A stretch of 64,000 bases of DNA, from positions 1 to 64,000 of the IMG/VR virus record IMGVR_UViG_3300005253_000098. The stretch is one strand, 5' to 3'. Shown here in pieces: positions 60,375-64,000 of this stretch; position 1 is the first letter of the stretch, and each line of letters opens with the position of its first letter. Made by a program: the position numbers and the translations under genes. A model generated the notes under the pieces. That model was not told the origin of the DNA. It saw only the letters and a program-made list of their open reading frames with translations, and made no database searches. Source of the stretch: a virus.

Positions 60375-60402
60375 TTTTTTTTCTTTTTTTTATTTTTTTT
60401 TT
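60375..60402 (+). terminator. long oligo-T tract (archaeal-type terminator)
   Basis: about 28 nt almost pure T directly after the small ORFs. Confidence 0.6.
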
Positions 60403-61545
60403 GGCACTCGGACTCGGACTCCTGGACCAGGGCAATCGTCCTGCCACGAACCCATGCATTTGCCTCATTTCCCTGAACTATTATTTTTTTAACTCGCACT
60501 CGGACTCGGTGGGATAACGCACCCATGCTCAAACTCGGCTTCTTTGGGCTGATCGTCCTGACTCGTGCTCGTTCTCATGCTCATGACTCGTGCTCGGTGG
60601 TATCGGACTTAAGCACTCGGTCACCCCCCTCCAAACTAAACTATTCTTATGATGTCGGACTCGTTCTCGGACTCGTGCTCGGACTGTTCCCAGATTCGAT
60701 CTTTTTGTCTTTTTGAGCACTCGGTCGATCGACTTTCTGGTCTGAACACTAATGCAATCTCAACGCAGCGGTGTATCCAGCTCTCTAAGACCACCTTTCT
60801 GATGTCCCTCTTTTTTCATCGGGCATGAGGGGCTCTCCTGCAATAGGTATTTTAGCGATGCAGAGGTTAAACCACTCGTATAACTGACGATCTACCTATG
60901 CTATCCCGATTGCTTTTTGTCTTTTTATGGGTAGTAATGAACACTCACTCACCCACTTGGGTATGGGTAATTGTAATTTGAACATTACAATTAAATATTG
61001 CACATACACCCATCACACTCGATCACTATCGTTATTATAGCCCGTTCTGTAAAAGTTGTCTTACAAGCTTGTCGGACAAAGTGCTCGCTAACACTCGCAT
61101 TAGTCCGTATAGCCGCTAATTCGGATTTACTCCACACGCTTTTACTCAAATCCACCCTCGTCAAGCGTGATCGATCACTCGGACTACCTCTCGACGCCCT
61201 ACCCTGACCTCCGTTGGACGAACGGACAGCTAATTCACCGCCGAGTGCTGCACTACATTTGAACGCAGCGAAATCTGTTAAGGAAATCAAAAAGAGTGCC
61301 CAATCCACGCACTCAATCCCAAAGCTAAGCAGATTTCGTGCACAAAACAAAAAATGTCAAGACCTCACGACTCGTTAGCTCAGCTTACCATCCGTTGCGT
61401 AAGCCGAAGCACATTTACCCACTCGTTGAACGAGTGCTAATCAAATCCAAGCACATTTCAGCTTTTCGCCACTCGGACTCGATGCCTTGATTTACCGTCC
61501 GTTTGCCAATTGCTGCCCAAATATCCGCTTGTTTTGGCACTCGTC
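60403..61545. repeat. largely non-coding region dense in (A)CTCG motifs
   Basis: about 28 CTCG versus 2 CGAG on + strand by hand count; includes GCACTCGGACTCGG and GACTCGTGCTCG units. Confidence 0.75.
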
Positions 61546-61608
61546 AACTACTCTCCTTTATAAAGACAATTTCCCTCTAAATAAATAAAACACTTTGAGA
61601 TATACTTT

Positions 61609-62547
61609 ATGCTACCGAGTGCTAACCCCTCTCTGAACGAGTCCTCTGAAGAGGTCGTGTGGATAGACGAGTCCCGACTACGTAGGTTTAACGAGTGGTA
61701 TTCCAAAACTATCGCTTGTGATCAACAGTTAGCCGAGCTCAATCTACGGATCGAGTTTGAGGAGAACGAGTTTGAGTTAGAATTACTGAAAAAAGATCGA
61801 ACTAAAATTAGAGCGAGGGTATTAACCAGAACCAAATACTTCTTTTCTATGTGGGGGCTTCTCTATAACTACCACAACAACCCCGAGTTATTTCTATCAC
61901 GTAAACGAGGGCGTAATCCCTCACAACGAGGCGTAACTCACGACGAGTCAGGTCTGACAATCGGTGTTCCTACCCGAGTAACTGGTATGGATATACGAAT
62001 ATACGAACTACACGAGATGATTAAAACTATCGAGTTACTCTCACTACTTATGCCCGAGCGTGAGCCACACGCCCTTATCTCCTTCTATGAATCAGTCCAA
62101 ATCTTCAGGATGTCCGAAGGAAAACGAAACCTGATCCTTGCCGAGTTAGAACAATATATTCTCCCACCTACATTTACCCGACGAGTTATAACCAAAAACA
62201 AAACCATTACCTACATTGTGGAGGTCGAGGTAGAAAGCAATCCCGATGCGAGTAGAACAGCGAGTCTACCGAGTGGTATAAGTAACAAATCTATTCGTCG
62301 ATGGTATCGCTTACGCCGAGACTCTGAGGGTCTCATTACTAAGAAGTGGTATGCTAAAGCTACAGATTTGAACCAACGCCAACGCACAGTTAAACTACAG
62401 TTCGACGAGCTCTCCAAAGACTATATCCCTCCAGAGAAACCCAAACCCACATTACCCCGACGAGTCCTCAAAGCCATGATGCAGCCGAGTAAATATGTCG
62501 ATCCCTTCTCTTTCCTACAAGAGCAACTAAGGATGGAACAAAAATGA
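61609..62547 (+). CDS. hypothetical protein
   Basis: 312-aa ORF with TTTATAAA box upstream. Confidence 0.65.
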   Translation: MLPSANPSLNESSEEVVWIDESRLRRFNEWYSKTIACDQQLAELNLRIEFEENEFELELLKKDRTKIRARVLTRTKYFFSMWGLLYNYHNNPELFLSRKRGRNPSQRGVTHDESGLTIGVPTRVTGMDIRIYELHEMIKTIELLSLLMPEREPHALISFYESVQIFRMSEGKRNLILAELEQYILPPTFTRRVITKNKTITYIVEVEVESNPDASRTASLPSGISNKSIRRWYRLRRDSEGLITKKWYAKATDLNQRQRTVKLQFDELSKDYIPPEKPKPTLPRRVLKAMMQPSKYVDPFSFLQEQLRMEQK

Positions 62548-62723
62548 ACGAGAAACATAGCTGGTGGCTTTATTTCTTTTTTTCCACGAGTGAAGAAGAA
62601 ATGATCGAGGTAGATATGTTAGACTTCCTTGAGATAACTCCAGAACAAGCCCGAGTGATCCGAGAAAGACGTAAGAAGAATCGAAAAGCCATCCGAGAGA
62701 TTGAAAAGAAATTGAACGAGTGA
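62544..62723 (+). CDS. small hypothetical protein (59 aa, not in ORF track)
   Basis: ATGA overlap with the upstream stop; MNEKHSWWLYFFF...KKLNE. Confidence 0.45.
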   Translation: MNEKHSWWLYFFFSTSEEEMIEVDMLDFLEITPEQARVIRERRKKNRKAIREIEKKLNE

Positions 62724-63013
62724 TAAATAAATTGAACGAGACACCCAAATTCAGCGAGTGGAAAACAACCATCGAGGTCTTACTCTGGTATTCCGAGTCC
62801 AAAGAAGATTTAGAGAGATTGTTGAAGCTCAGCGAGGAAAAGAAATAAATTGACCGAGCCGATTGTCATGCGAGTCCCATATACGCCCATGCTTACCAGT
62901 TATCCATATCTCCTTGATATAAAACTCATACCGAGTATTCAATATGAGTGTATCGAGTTATATACATACCCAGTCAAGCGATCTACCCTACCGCTTGAGG
63001 AGGTGAATTCCAC

Positions 63014-63943
63014 ATGGTAGATGAACAAAAACCTAAAACTAAAGCCCAAATTAAAGCAGAAAAAGAAGCCGCTAAGAATAAGCCCGAGTCCCAACCAGAA
63101 ACACAAGCTGCAATTACTTCCACCGACGCTATGTCCTCACTTGACTTATCGAGTGAAGAACAAATCCAAAAACACATAGCTTCCCACGAGGAAATGGATG
63201 ACATGGTTACTTATCTAAGTAACACAGTTACCCAACGAGTCAATAGATCACGAAAACGAGCACAAGTCGGTTATTCAGTCCAACAAATCAACAAATCACG
63301 TATCCTTAAATTGGCAGTAATTGTGAACGAGATAAACGGATATTCCAATCCCTCTTTCCTCAAGAACAGTTACTTCGACTTCTTCACTCTTCCCTTAGCC
63401 AAACGAGAGGAGGTTGCAGCTATCCGAGCTATAACAACTCTTGCTGACCGAGCTGAAGCAGTCCTTGATTTCAAGAACCTGAGAACTATCTCAAGAACTA
63501 AACAGAAATTCGACAGAAACCTTGCCGAGATCAAGAAATACTACCGAGTTGCTGAAACTTGCCGAGCTCTATTCACTGGCTCTAACGCTTTGATTAAAAT
63601 TGCCTTCGAGGAAAAACTCTTATTACCCGACGAGTCAGCTCTTGGTAATCCTGACGGTTACTTTTTCAATCCCAACGTATCCGAGTTAATCGACTCTTGG
63701 AAAGGTCAAGCCGCAGGTCTAAGAGAGGAGGTTGGCGGTGAGCCTAACGAGGACGACATCAAACATACTATCAACGTATTTGCAGCTCTCTACGAGTTAC
63801 AACAGAAATACTTCGACAGTATTAGCGAGGTGTTTGGATTCCTTCAACGAGCTTCCCCAATCGTCAATAAATATATGCTGAGTTCCTACGAGCAGATCAA
63901 AACTGCAGCTTTAAAGGTTGGTCTCTTGAAAGCAACGAATTAG
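63014..63943 (+). CDS. hypothetical helical protein
   Basis: 309 aa; strong GGAGGTGA SD. Confidence 0.7.
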   Translation: MVDEQKPKTKAQIKAEKEAAKNKPESQPETQAAITSTDAMSSLDLSSEEQIQKHIASHEEMDDMVTYLSNTVTQRVNRSRKRAQVGYSVQQINKSRILKLAVIVNEINGYSNPSFLKNSYFDFFTLPLAKREEVAAIRAITTLADRAEAVLDFKNLRTISRTKQKFDRNLAEIKKYYRVAETCRALFTGSNALIKIAFEEKLLLPDESALGNPDGYFFNPNVSELIDSWKGQAAGLREEVGGEPNEDDIKHTINVFAALYELQQKYFDSISEVFGFLQRASPIVNKYMLSSYEQIKTAALKVGLLKATN

Positions 63944-64000
63944 GATCGTTTCCTATCGAGCCTCATGGCTCTAATTCTTCTCTTTTAAAATTTTTTTGCA

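Larger units (their letters stand above)
1085..64000. mobile_element. tailed dsDNA virus genome (Caudoviricetes, siphovirus-like), probable archaeal host
   Basis: complete head-tail gene order plus PolB/MCM-like/ERCC4/dUTPase; archaeal-style promoters; no cellular housekeeping genes and no integrase seen. Confidence 0.85.

Noticed and set aside
60403-60725. Mini-CRISPR array in the CTCG-rich block
   Set aside because: Units are only 5-14 bp and irregularly spaced; there is no constant 25-40 bp repeat
60344-61350. Short ORFs such as RVRVRV / HEHENEHES on both strands
   Set aside because: Their low-complexity translations are by-products of the CTCG motif and poly-T tract; no convincing SD or protein features
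1085-64000. Integrated provirus with att sites
   Set aside because: No integrase, host genes or flanking direct repeats recognised

Overview
Nearly the whole window (about 1.1-64 kb) is a large part of a tailed, HK97-type (siphovirus-like) dsDNA virus genome, most likely infecting an archaeon. Support for the host: family-B polymerase, MCM-like ATPase, ERCC4/XPF nuclease, many small Zn-finger/RHH/wHTH proteins, TATA boxes about 25-30 nt before starts, and GGTGA-type SD sequences. A plus-strand replication/early arm (1.2-17.7 kb) converges on a minus-strand morphogenesis arm (54.6 down to 17.7 kb: terS, terL, portal, protease/scaffold, capsid, neck, tail tube, chaperones, tape measure, hub, two giant LamG tail proteins). 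The first ~1.08 kb (PilZ, a second terS, a small virion protein) looks like unrelated bacteriophage DNA joined to it. Main observations: (1) a SCIFF/ranthipeptide-type radical SAM-SPASM enzyme in the tail operon, downstream of a tail hub protein ending in a CxxxCxxxCxxxC...CxxxC tag, a candidate RiPP-like maturation system for a virion protein; (2) further modifier-like genes in the structural arm (CxxCxxCC Fe-S protein, GT2-TPR, LMW phosphatase); (3) a dense, strand-polarised CGAG motif whose orientation flips at about 61.55-61.6 kb; (4) a +1 frameshift site (UCC UUU CGU) in the tail chaperone; (5) a PolB with substituted active-site motifs. All calls come from reading motifs by eye; no database searches were run.
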